A DNA stretch of 64,000 bases from a virus (taxonomy: Duplodnaviria; Caudoviricetes). This document shows, one piece after another, positions 1 to 8,765 of the stretch; the first letter of the stretch is position 1; every line of letters starts with the position of its first letter. Location: the IMG/VR virus record IMGVR_UViG_3300017780_003084, positions 1-64,000 of that record; one strand, given 5' to 3'. Both the position numbers and the translations under genes were made by a program. The notes below the pieces were generated by a model that made no database searches, was not told the DNA's origin, and saw only the letters and a list, made by a program, of their open reading frames with translations.

Positions 1-1722
1 ACGCAAATAGACTCTACATTTACGGGTACTGGATTACTTGATGGGTGGACGCTCTCTGCCACGGCGGTAAATAACAATGGTGTGAATCAGGTAGACGTTA
101 CATCTGGAGCTAGCTCCGACAGACTTATTGAGTTTACAAGCAGCACAGTAGCAGGTAAGACATATACAGTGACGCTAACAACCGTCACTTACAGTAATGT
201 GTATGTCTACCAAGTAAATCCAATTGTACCAATAGGAATTACAGGAGCAGCAGGCACCTACTCGTTTAGTTTCGTTGCATCGGCTAATAATGTACCGATT
301 ATTTTGTGTGCGAGTGGGGCATCAGAACGAAAGATTATCGACAGCATTTCAGTCAAACTCGCAGAACCAGATCGCTCAGTTAAAAACAACAGCTTGGTCG
401 TCAATGGCACACTGACAAAAACAGAGGCTGCAGTAGGTGCGCAACTGGTCTGGTACTCTGGATTCTCAGGCGCAAACTATTTAGAGCAGCCTTACAATTC
501 TAATCTGGATTTTGGTACAGGCGAATTTCATTACATGCTGAGGGCAACGCTGCCGACTGCTGGAGGTGCTGCTGGTGTACTGATATCGAGAGGTGATGGT
601 ACTGCGCTTGGTAATCTCGTGTTGCAGGTAGAGGGAGATAATAAGATTTCTCTTTATATGCATAATGGTGTGGTTGATGCCTTGATTGCACAAGCTGTCG
701 CGCAACCGTCTAATGTACCGCTTTGTATTTTAGTCATGCGATCTGCTACAACAGCATACATTTATATAAACGATGTATTAGCTGCATCTGGCGCTCTATC
801 TACAACGATGACTAATACTACTGGCGTACTACGTGTTGGATTGTCCCGAACTGGTACATCTCCGCATCGGGGGGCTATTGCTTTGCTTCGTGCAGGAGCT
901 ACAGCCCCAAGCGCAGATCAAATAGCCCACATCTACCACACGGAACTGGCTCTATTTCAACCAAATGCTAAATGCACTTTAGACGGAGCAATCAGCACAG
1001 TAGCGAGTCTTGCGTATGACGAAGATACAGACTTACTTCATGCTGCTACACCTTGGGGACGTTCCAGCTTTAACAATCTTGTTCGAGTCGAATCGGAAGC
1101 TACAACAGTAGGTGCAAGTGTAAAAGTAGCTGCGAAAAGTGGATCTCTTTTGAGCTATGGCACAGGTGCGAAAGTGTATCTGCCTGCTGTAAATCTGCGA
1201 GTAGGGGAAAGTACAAGCAAGGTTAAAATCGGGCTAGGTAACGTTGATAACACATCGGATGCAAATAAACCGATCAGCACTACGACTCAAGCTGCGTTGG
1301 ATGCAAAGCAAGCTACTTTGGTTTCCGGTACTAATGCTAGGACGGTCAATGGTAATTCATTACTCGGAGCGGGTGATGTTGAAGTCGGGTATCGAAATAT
1401 CCCACCAAATCCGCAAATAGTGAACTACACGGTAACTAAGACTAGTGCTGGGAAGAATGTTCGACACCCAGCGGCTGACACTACCGCTAGAACTTTCACG
1501 ATAGATAGCAATGCAAATCAAGCTTGGGTAGACGGTACTACGATATCTATTCAAAACAAACACGGCGCTGGTGTGATTACCATTTCCGTGACTACTGATC
1601 CGATGCGCCTTCTGGGGGTTGGTACTACAGGCAGTCGGACTTTGGCAGCTGATGGTTTTGCTACGCTTGTCTGGGATGCTGTGGAACTAGATTGGTCTAT
1701 TACGGGTGTGGGGGTGAGCTAA
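1..1722 (+). CDS. Tail fibre / receptor-binding protein, 5'-truncated by the window edge
   Basis: Frame 1 is open from base 1 (TQIDSTFTGTG...), so the GTG at 82 is not the true start. Contains a LamG/concanavalin-like beta-rich region, the tail repeat GLGNVDNTSDANKPIS, and a C-terminal GSRTLAADG..W.ITGVG module typical of fibres. Confidence 0.8.
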   Translation, partial: TQIDSTFTGTGLLDGWTLSATAVNNNGVNQVDVTSGASSDRLIEFTSSTVAGKTYTVTLTTVTYSNVYVYQVNPIVPIGITGAAGTYSFSFVASANNVPIILCASGASERKIIDSISVKLAEPDRSVKNNSLVVNGTLTKTEAAVGAQLVWYSGFSGANYLEQPYNSNLDFGTGEFHYMLRATLPTAGGAAGVLISRGDGTALGNLVLQVEGDNKISLYMHNGVVDALIAQAVAQPSNVPLCILVMRSATTAYIYINDVLAASGALSTTMTNTTGVLRVGLSRTGTSPHRGAIALLRAGATAPSADQIAHIYHTELALFQPNAKCTLDGAISTVASLAYDEDTDLLHAATPWGRSSFNNLVRVESEATTVGASVKVAAKSGSLLSYGTGAKVYLPAVNLRVGESTSKVKIGLGNVDNTSDANKPISTTTQAALDAKQATLVSGTNARTVNGNSLLGAGDVEVGYRNIPPNPQIVNYTVTKTSAGKNVRHPAADTTARTFTIDSNANQAWVDGTTISIQNKHGAGVITISVTTDPMRLLGVGTTGSRTLAADGFATLVWDAVELDWSITGVGVS

Positions 1723-2309
1723 TGAGTGCGATACAGCAAATGTTGGCTGCATACGGCTCAGTTGCAGTTGCACTTCCTCCGACAACTTGGAATCCATCTG
1801 ATAAACAAGCTGGTATATCGCTTAGTGGTAGCAATCTTATAGCGACAAGTACCAGTGGTTCTGACGGTGTACGTGGAACAAATTCAAAGTCTTCTGGTAA
1901 ACATTATTTTGAAGTGACACTAACAGGAGGAGCCACTAATGCATTTATAGGTATTGCTTCGAGTGCTTGGGATTCGAGCCATCAATTAGCAAGTGACGCT
2001 AATAGTGCTTGTTATGTAAATAATATTTTGTATACAAATGGATTTGGTACTTCTGGCGCGGCTACCACAATGGTAATCGGGGATGTTATTGGTGTTGCAG
2101 TTGATGTGTCAAATCATAGAATATATTGGTCTAGAAATAACACTTGGCAAAACTCCGCATCACCAACGACAGGTACAGGAGGCTTGGATTACATAACAAC
2201 AATTCCAGTGTTCCCTGCATTTTTCACAAACACTGCTGGAAGAACTGCAACAATAGCTGTCAGCACATTAACATATTCACCTCCATCTGGCTTCACTGCT
2301 TGGGGTTAA
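1722..2309 (+). CDS. SPRY/B30.2-like domain virion protein
   Basis: TWNPSDK...LSGSNL...SGKHYFEV...GDVIGVAVD motifs; the ATG overlaps the upstream TAA. Confidence 0.75.
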   Translation: MSAIQQMLAAYGSVAVALPPTTWNPSDKQAGISLSGSNLIATSTSGSDGVRGTNSKSSGKHYFEVTLTGGATNAFIGIASSAWDSSHQLASDANSACYVNNILYTNGFGTSGAATTMVIGDVIGVAVDVSNHRIYWSRNNTWQNSASPTTGTGGLDYITTIPVFPAFFTNTAGRTATIAVSTLTYSPPSGFTAWG

Positions 2310-2324
2310 TAAATAGGGGATTTT

Positions 2325-2357
2325 ATGCAATACTTTCAAATAAACGACAAAGGATAG
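2325..2357 (+). pseudogene. Relic N-terminus (MQYFQINDKG*) paralogous to the start of the next gene
   Basis: Own RBS (TAGGGGA); MQYFQIN aligns with MEYLQIK at 2361. Confidence 0.6.
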
Positions 2358-2360
2358 AAC

Positions 2361-3014
2361 ATGGAATACCTACAAATCAAAAACGGTGAAGCACTACAAA
2401 TTAACACACAAGGGAATGTTGAGTGGGATGCTACGCATTACTGCCCTGCATCAGCACTCACACTAGAAGAGGCCATGTTGTTTGATGTCCACTGTTTGAT
2501 GGCTACAGAGCATCCAGTGTTTGACCCTAGCACGCATAAATGTTACCGCGATGGTGCTGAGTTTGTGGAAAACAAATGGCGATACAAGTGGGTGATAGTT
2601 ACCTTAACAGCAGAAGAGATCACTGCTAAATTACAGTCACGTAAAGTGCAGACACTTGCGCAGATTAATAACGATGACAACCGTATTTATGCTGATGTAG
2701 TTGGTAATAAGACCACTGAGTATCTAAAAGCTGCTGAAGATGCTAGAGCATATAAAGCTGCAGGATACCCAAAAGATGAAGTACCTGATTATGTTCAGTC
2801 ATGGGCTGATGCAAAGAGATGGACTGCTCGACAAGCTTGTGATGATATTTTATTACAGGAAATGATGTGGCAAGGTGCAGCAAAGCTTATTCGTGATTAC
2901 CGTTTGAAAGCCAAAGAAGCTGTTAAACGTGCTACAACTATTACAGAAGTGGAAACTGCTATGTTGATTTGGAATGGTTTTGTGAACAACATCAGAACTC
3001 AATTGGGAGTGTAA
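2361..3014 (+). CDS. Tail fibre assembly/chaperone-like protein
   Basis: 217 aa directly after the fibre genes; PVFDPSTHK and VPDYVQSWADAK...W..A...IRDYRL..K patterns resemble Tfa-like proteins. Confidence 0.6.
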   Translation: MEYLQIKNGEALQINTQGNVEWDATHYCPASALTLEEAMLFDVHCLMATEHPVFDPSTHKCYRDGAEFVENKWRYKWVIVTLTAEEITAKLQSRKVQTLAQINNDDNRIYADVVGNKTTEYLKAAEDARAYKAAGYPKDEVPDYVQSWADAKRWTARQACDDILLQEMMWQGAAKLIRDYRLKAKEAVKRATTITEVETAMLIWNGFVNNIRTQLGV

Positions 3015-3015
3015 T

Positions 3016-3564
3016 ATGAAGGTGGGTTTTTATAAGGGTACTCGCAAAGGAATCAACGGACTTTATAGTAGAGTTGTGAGGTTCATCGAAAAAGGTAAAT
3101 ACTCTCATTGCGAACTTGTTTTCACAAAAGGTGACTCTGCAAGTAGCTCTTTCATAGACGATGGTGTAAGATTCAAAGATATTAAATATACCTCCTGTGA
3201 TTGGGATTTTGTTGATGTGTCATGGGCTGATGAGGAGTATGCTAGAAACTACTTTGAAGAACATGAAGATGAGAAGTATGATTTGAAAGGTAATCTACAT
3301 TTCTTAATAGGAATATTTGGAGATAGTAGAGATAGAAAGTTTTGCAGTGAAGCTGTTGCAGAAGCACTTGGTATTAGACAAGCTTGGTTATTAGCTCCTA
3401 ATGCCTTGTATAACGTGTTAGTTTTTATTAATGAGCAAATTGAAAGGCAACAAATGAATCAAATCAATAATATTAATCCAGAAGACCCTCCTTTGGATGA
3501 TACTCCACCTGATGATGATACAGGCGGGGATACTTTACCTCCCCCTAAGAAACCAAAAGGTTAG
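3016..3564 (+). CDS. Permuted papain-like (NlpC/P60-type) peptidase with a Pro/Asp-rich tail
   Basis: YSHCELVF (His) ... KYDL ... FCSEAVAEALG (Cys) in permuted order. Confidence 0.7.
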   Translation: MKVGFYKGTRKGINGLYSRVVRFIEKGKYSHCELVFTKGDSASSSFIDDGVRFKDIKYTSCDWDFVDVSWADEEYARNYFEEHEDEKYDLKGNLHFLIGIFGDSRDRKFCSEAVAEALGIRQAWLLAPNALYNVLVFINEQIERQQMNQINNINPEDPPLDDTPPDDDTGGDTLPPPKKPKG

Positions 3565-3566
3565 TC

Positions 3567-3953
3567 ATGCTATATGTAGCTTTGTTAATTATTGCTATTG
3601 CATTAAACTGGAGCTACAAAAAGAACCTACTACTAGTTTTGGTAGTAGGTTTTAGTGGCTTATTGCCAATGCAAATGGTAACTGATTATTACGCTTGGTG
3701 GACTATCTGCATTGGTTTTGAATTATTTAAGATAGGGTTGGCAGTCTATTTAATGACGAGGATTAGCTACCCTGTAGCATTCCTTTGTAGCTTAATGCTA
3801 GCGTGTCATTTGATAATAATGTTTGCTATTAATCAAGCACCACATACAATTATAGTTCCAGCCTTGGAACATTTAGAAATACTTTCGTGTATTCTATTCT
3901 CACACCCCGCACTACTCTACTTAAAAAGGAAAATTAAATGTCGATGGAAATAG
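3567..3953 (+). CDS. Multi-pass membrane protein
   Basis: About four hydrophobic segments; tight operon packing. Confidence 0.7.
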   Translation: MLYVALLIIAIALNWSYKKNLLLVLVVGFSGLLPMQMVTDYYAWWTICIGFELFKIGLAVYLMTRISYPVAFLCSLMLACHLIIMFAINQAPHTIIVPALEHLEILSCILFSHPALLYLKRKIKCRWK

Positions 3954-4252
3954 CAATTTGGGTGTTGGGCGGGGCTGTTAGTATTATCGGTATGCTCGTA
4001 GCAACACTATGGCAAATGACAAGGGCTGAACAAAAAGCTCAAGATGAAGCTATCAGAGATAAGGCTGATAAGACAACTGTATCAGACTCTCAATTAAGAC
4101 ATGACAAAGAGTTCGACAGAATCCGCGAAGAGCAGACGCGACTGATGGATAAAGCCGATGAACGTCATCAAAGAGAGTTGTCTGCAATGGAGAGTAGGTT
4201 AAGCTCTAAGATTGATCTGATATTAGAGTTGCTGAAGAAGGACAGACAATGA
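3938..4252 (+). CDS. Holin-like / TM plus coiled-coil lysis-cassette protein
   Basis: N-terminal TM helix followed by a charged coiled coil; immediately precedes the endolysin. Confidence 0.5.
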   Translation: MSMEIAIWVLGGAVSIIGMLVATLWQMTRAEQKAQDEAIRDKADKTTVSDSQLRHDKEFDRIREEQTRLMDKADERHQRELSAMESRLSSKIDLILELLKKDRQ

Positions 4253-4686
4253 AATTAACAGAACACTTCACATTAGAAGAGTTGACAACAACTATCACAG
4301 GATATGACAACACACCTTCAGCTTCTGTGATAGAGAACCTAAAGCTTCTGGCAAGCACTCTAGAACGCATCAGATCGCTCTTAGGGAAGCCTATTACAGT
4401 TTCTAGTGCCTATCGTAGTCTGAAGGTAAATAACGCTGTAAAAGGCGCTGGAAGCTCTCTCCATCTTGTAGGACTTGCTGCAGACCTTAAAGTTAAAAGT
4501 ATGACAGCTTGTGAGGTTTGTGTTGCTATTCAGAATAGTGATATTAAGTATGATAAGTTGATTTTAGAGTTCGATAGCTGGACTCATATACAGGTTCAAA
4601 AAGACCCTAAAGAGAATAGAATGGAAGAATACACTATTCGTGCAGGAACGGGATATTTAAAAGGCATTGTGCCAAAAGGAAAATAA
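4249..4686 (+). CDS. Endolysin, peptidase M15A family
   Basis: MKLTEHFTLEEL...SSAYRS..VN..V.GA.SS.HLVGLAADL...WTHI zinc-peptidase motifs. Confidence 0.9.
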   Translation: MKLTEHFTLEELTTTITGYDNTPSASVIENLKLLASTLERIRSLLGKPITVSSAYRSLKVNNAVKGAGSSLHLVGLAADLKVKSMTACEVCVAIQNSDIKYDKLILEFDSWTHIQVQKDPKENRMEEYTIRAGTGYLKGIVPKGK

Positions 4687-4687
4687 T

Positions 4688-5035
4688 ATGTTTAGTAAAG
4701 TAACAAGTATATTTAATTTGTTTCGCAAGGGACAAGAAGTAGCTAATGTAGAAGCGTGGAAGAGTGGACAGGTCACAGCAAATATTTTAGCTGGTGTTAT
4801 GTTGGCAGGAGTTCAAGTTGCAAAGGCTTTTGATTATGAAATTCCTCTTACCGAAGAAGTGGCTAACAATATTGCTATTGGCATTTTGGCTTCCGTCAAT
4901 TTCGTCATCACAATTATTACATCCAAACGAGCAGGTGTATTACCAGCCAAACCAACAGAAGCTGAACCATTCCCAGAGTTGGCAAAGGCAGACACAATCC
5001 CCTTACCAATTGAGGATCATTCGTTTAACAAATAA
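4688..5035 (+). CDS. Holin-like membrane protein
   Basis: Two hydrophobic helices; follows the endolysin. Confidence 0.5.
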   Translation: MFSKVTSIFNLFRKGQEVANVEAWKSGQVTANILAGVMLAGVQVAKAFDYEIPLTEEVANNIAIGILASVNFVITIITSKRAGVLPAKPTEAEPFPELAKADTIPLPIEDHSFNK

Positions 5036-5188
5036 ATGTCAGTATAAAATAATACCCTCTATTACTTTAAAGCCTTTGTTAGAAGCTTATGAGCAAGAGA
5101 GGGTAGAAGATGTTACAGTAGTGTTAAGCGAGTCTGTTGAGGGGATACGCTTTACCATGCAATGTAGGTTTTAGTCTGAGAGACTATT

Positions 5189-5221
5189 GAGAGATATCCT
5201 TTACAGGACTCTCTCTTTTTT
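5189..5221. terminator. Intrinsic terminator between convergent operons
   Basis: GAGAGA...TCTCTC stem followed by a T-run. Confidence 0.75.
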
Positions 5222-5226
5222 ACGTT

Positions 5227-5481
5227 TTAAGTTTTTGTGAACACTCCTGATTTATTCAACAGAGTGACAACCAAGCTTATAGCTTTGTCTAAAGCACTAC
5301 CAAGATTCTTGTTATCTACATCTTGTGTAATATCCAATACAGACATTACCAAGTTCTTTACAGTTTCAAGTTTAGTAGAACCTTGACCTGCACTTGGTAC
5401 AGCAGCTTCTACAGCTTTTACAGCATCAATTAGTAATGGAAGTAACTGGATTACTAACTTCAAAATAGACAAAAAATTCAT
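5227..5481 (-). CDS. Small amphipathic hypothetical protein
   Basis: RBS GAAAGGGAA; last gene of the minus-strand arm. Confidence 0.7.
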   Translation of the reverse strand: MNFLSILKLVIQLLPLLIDAVKAVEAAVPSAGQGSTKLETVKNLVMSVLDITQDVDNKNLGSALDKAISLVVTLLNKSGVFTKT

Positions 5482-5492
5482 TTTATTCCCTT

Positions 5493-6068
5493 TCAGTGAT
5501 TTAAGTGCTTGTTGGAATAACCTGCACCATTGTTGTTAAGTCCTAGCATTTGTGTTTGCCTGAATATCACTGCATCTCTAAATGCTACCATTAACCCTAA
5601 TTTTCTTGCAGAGAATGTTTTACTGATATCAACCTTATTATCATAATCTCTGCAAGTTGCTACGACATAAGTGTTGTTACGTATTACTCGGAATCTGACT
5701 CCTGTTTTAATTACAGGATTTACTGAGTTCTTTACTCTGTTTCTTGCGTTTATTTGCGGTAATACACACCTTAAATTATCTATTAAATTATTACCTCCAT
5801 TTCCATCTAAGTGATCTATAACATACCCTTCTGGTAATTGGTTGTTGTGCAACTCCCAAACAACTCTGTGCACTAATAACTGCCTACCTCTAACTTGTAC
5901 TTTCCAATAGTTCCTACCACCATCAAAACTTCCAGCTGAAGAGTCTTTATGTTTTGAAATATAACTTAAAGTACAACCACTATACATATCTACCCTCCAT
6001 CTTAATAAACTGGGGCTGGTCTTATCATAATAGAGGTATTCACTAATGTGCTTTCCTTTGACTATCAT
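5493..6068 (-). CDS. HNH homing endonuclease with an AP2-like C-terminus
   Basis: VHRVVWELHN...VIDHLDGNGGNNLIDNLRCV HNH motif. Confidence 0.9.
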   Translation of the reverse strand: MIVKGKHISEYLYYDKTSPSLLRWRVDMYSGCTLSYISKHKDSSAGSFDGGRNYWKVQVRGRQLLVHRVVWELHNNQLPEGYVIDHLDGNGGNNLIDNLRCVLPQINARNRVKNSVNPVIKTGVRFRVIRNNTYVVATCRDYDNKVDISKTFSARKLGLMVAFRDAVIFRQTQMLGLNNNGAGYSNKHLNH

Positions 6069-6070
6069 AA

Positions 6071-6244
6071 TTAGTTAATTAAACCTAAGAGTGCTCCAAG
6101 TGGGAACACTAACACACCGACAATTTTGAATGCAAACTTGGCTGTCAGACCTCCATCATACATCTGAGTGATTTGGTAGATGTTCATACACCAACCTACA
6201 ATCACTGTAATCCATAAAGCAATTAAGAATAACGCTGTCTTCAT
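6071..6244 (-). CDS. 57-aa membrane protein (not in the ORF track)
   Basis: RBS AAGGAGA; MKTALFLIALWITVIVGWCMNIYQITQMYDGGLTAKFAFKIVGVLVFPLGALLGLIN. Confidence 0.75.
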   Translation of the reverse strand: MKTALFLIALWITVIVGWCMNIYQITQMYDGGLTAKFAFKIVGVLVFPLGALLGLIN

Positions 6245-6253
6245 AATTTCTCC

Positions 6254-6816
6254 TTAATTACAGTGCTTATCAAGGAAAGCAAAAGCATTCCCCTTCTCTT
6301 TTACTGCTTGCACAGCTTCATCATTTTTGATAGCTGCTTTAACATATTGCTTTGTAACAGCAGGTTTAAAGCTGAATCCCTTAGACACAGTTTTAGCAGC
6401 CTTACCAAACTCTTTAGACAACTCTTTAATCTCGTTTGTCAAAGCAAAGATTTCTGTATCAGCAGCAATGACAGCTTTACGCTTTTCTTGCAATTCTTTA
6501 ATCTCTACATCAATTGCTTGTACAGCTTCTAATTGTGCAATGTAATCTTTGACTAACTCCTGTTTCTTGTTAATCTCTAATGCTCGTTGTTTCAAATCAT
6601 CAAATACGTTACTCATTATTTCTTCTCCTCAAATATTTCATAACTACGTTTCAAATAGACATCATAAGCTTTAGTCAAATCCTTCATAACATCTTTCCAG
6701 ACCCATTTCCAACCTATATACAAACAATAACCCACTGTACTTACAATAAGTAATCCACCAACCATTACTGCGAACACTAATTCAATAAAACTCATATTAC
6801 TCCTCCTTCTTAACAT
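6254..6816 (-). CDS. Two hypothetical proteins (6254-6616 coiled coil; 6616-6816 single TM)
   Basis: RBS present; overlapping stop/start codons. Confidence 0.7.
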
Positions 6817-7399
6817 ATTTACTACAGCTCACTTTAAAATTTTGAAGGTTCGAAATTACTCTTGGGTCAACATAACTAGAGTATTTACTGGCTAATTCTA
6901 GGGCGTAAGCCTCCTTTGATTTCTTGTAAGCAGTAAACGCTGACAACTCATTTTCAAAACGCCCTAGAAATTTTTTAGAATTGTTAGAACGTACAGCAGC
7001 TTCGTATTTTAAAGTTTCCTTGCTCAAGTGTACTCCTACTACACAATTTCCCCTAGATGCCCTACAATCTAACAAAAACATGTTCAATTCCCACGGCACA
7101 AATACGCAGGTGTCTTCTGAGTAAGACTTCCCACTGCCAAGATAGTCTTTATCGAGATGATAACCTTTAAGACCAAACCCTATTTGAGTCTGACACCATT
7201 CAGCAAACCACTGAAAGTTCTTAAAGTTCTTTGAAACTTCACAACCTGTATATGTAGGATACCTTACATGGTATTTCTTAGAATAACACCTCTGTAACAT
7301 ATTTGTCCAAAGCTGATACTCCTTAGTTCGCTTTCCATCTACAGACGCAACAAACTTACCTTCCACATACCTCCCGACTCCAAATACTAATTTACCCAT
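6797..7399 (-). CDS. HNH homing endonuclease
   Basis: MGKLVFGVG...YQLWTNMLQRCY...YHLDKD...YSEDTCVFVPWELN; RBS GAGGTGG favours the start at 7399. Confidence 0.85.
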   Translation of the reverse strand: MGKLVFGVGRYVEGKFVASVDGKRTKEYQLWTNMLQRCYSKKYHVRYPTYTGCEVSKNFKNFQWFAEWCQTQIGFGLKGYHLDKDYLGSGKSYSEDTCVFVPWELNMFLLDCRASRGNCVVGVHLSKETLKYEAAVRSNNSKKFLGRFENELSAFTAYKKSKEAYALELASKYSSYVDPRVISNLQNFKVSCSKYVKKEE

Positions 7400-8213
7400 T
7401 TTCCACCTCGTCTTTCTTAAATTTACGATATTTATTATCCTTGCATACGACAATTCTCTTTACAACTTGAAGACGTTTTAACTCACCAATTGGCAGAATA
7501 ATTTTTGCTGCATCACTCGACTCTGGAGATATTAAAAAATACCTACCACAATGAGATATTTCTACTGCAAACTTAGTAAAATATTTTCCACTGCTAGTTT
7601 TATTGTTTTTGCTCTGATTACGTTTCTCATTCAACACTTTTATATAAAACTTCATCGGGTAGTGAGCTGTATCCTTCGTCTCAAGAATAATAGCTTCAAG
7701 AGCATCATACTCCGTATCAAACACTTTTGCAATACGTTCTCTTGCAAGTTTGTTAGTCTCTTTCCACTTCTCTTTATTCTCAGGATTTTTCCACCACTCA
7801 ACGCTGCTCATTGTCAAACTCTCCAAGCAATGCAATCACACCTAGTTGTAGCCCCTCTTCAATTGTGGAAGCTTCATAGTAACGAGACTCTTCATTCATA
7901 AGCCCTTTACAACGTGTTACTAACACTACTGGAATGCCTTCTAGAATTGTATGTCGATAGTGACATATCTCTCCGGTGCTTTTGAATACAAATTTCATGT
8001 GTTCTCCTTTCATGAAAGCCTCTTGAATGTCCCATTGCTAAGACGTGCGTTCACAGCATAAGTGTCCATGATATAAGCCCTCTTACTAGAGTCAATCACA
8101 ATGTATCCTTCTTTGTTGTGGTCTTGGAAAGCTGTGAATATTTCGTCACAATCATTTGCAGCAGTAGATGTGAATTTGAAACTGTTTTCTGTTGCTATTG
8201 TAAATTCTTTCAT
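7392..8213 (-). CDS. Three hypothetical proteins (7392-7811, 7798-7998, 8010-8213)
   Basis: RBS motifs and translational coupling. Confidence 0.65.
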
Positions 8214-8242
8214 GTTATTCTCCTATTTGTTTAGAAGGCTCT

Positions 8243-8271
8243 ATTATTATTCATAGAACCTGTCCTGTCAA
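8243..8271 (-). promoter_or_regulatory. sigma70-type promoter
   Basis: TTGACA-17-AATAAT on the minus strand. Confidence 0.65.
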
Positions 8272-8274
8272 GCT

Positions 8275-8499
8275 TTATTTCAACATTTCTTGCAGCCCTC
8301 TGAAACCATTCTGTACATATAGATTACCTTGGCTGTCAAAGATTTGAGGGAAGCTGCGGAGATTCTGGGAGACAATAAATTCAAATGCCTCCCAATCATC
8401 ATCACAGTTCTTTACAACAAATTCGATACCTTTTGACTTCAACAAAGCTTTAGCACTTTCACATGCTTGACAATTATTCTTACTATACACTGTCAACAT
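8275..8499 (-). CDS. Glutaredoxin / NrdH-like redoxin
   Basis: VYSKNNCQAC (CxxC) ... RSFPQIF; adjacent to RNR. Confidence 0.9.
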   Translation of the reverse strand: MLTVYSKNNCQACESAKALLKSKGIEFVVKNCDDDWEAFEFIVSQNLRSFPQIFDSQGNLYVQNGFRGLQEMLK

Positions 8500-8750
8500 T
8501 TATATTTCTCCATGTCATCTGCTAAAAATCCTAAGTGGTGGGTATGAGCTGACACTACGGCTTCCATTACATATTCTTTGAATCCACTTAAATCTGCAGT
8601 AATTGAAGGTTGGTCGTGGTATTGTGCAGTCAAGTAACAAGTCAGAATTTCAGCGTTTATGTTTATTAAGTCTATAACGGACATACCACTAACATTCACA
8701 ACTTTCCCACTGTTCTTTACTACCTCTTTGTATTTTTCTATACTTAACAT
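8493..8750 (-). CDS. Hypothetical protein
   Basis: In operon between nrdA and the glutaredoxin. Confidence 0.65.
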   Translation of the reverse strand: MLSIEKYKEVVKNSGKVVNVSGMSVIDLININAEILTCYLTAQYHDQPSITADLSGFKEYVMEAVVSAHTHHLGFLADDMEKYKC

Positions 8751-8765
8751 TTAATCCCTTTCAAG

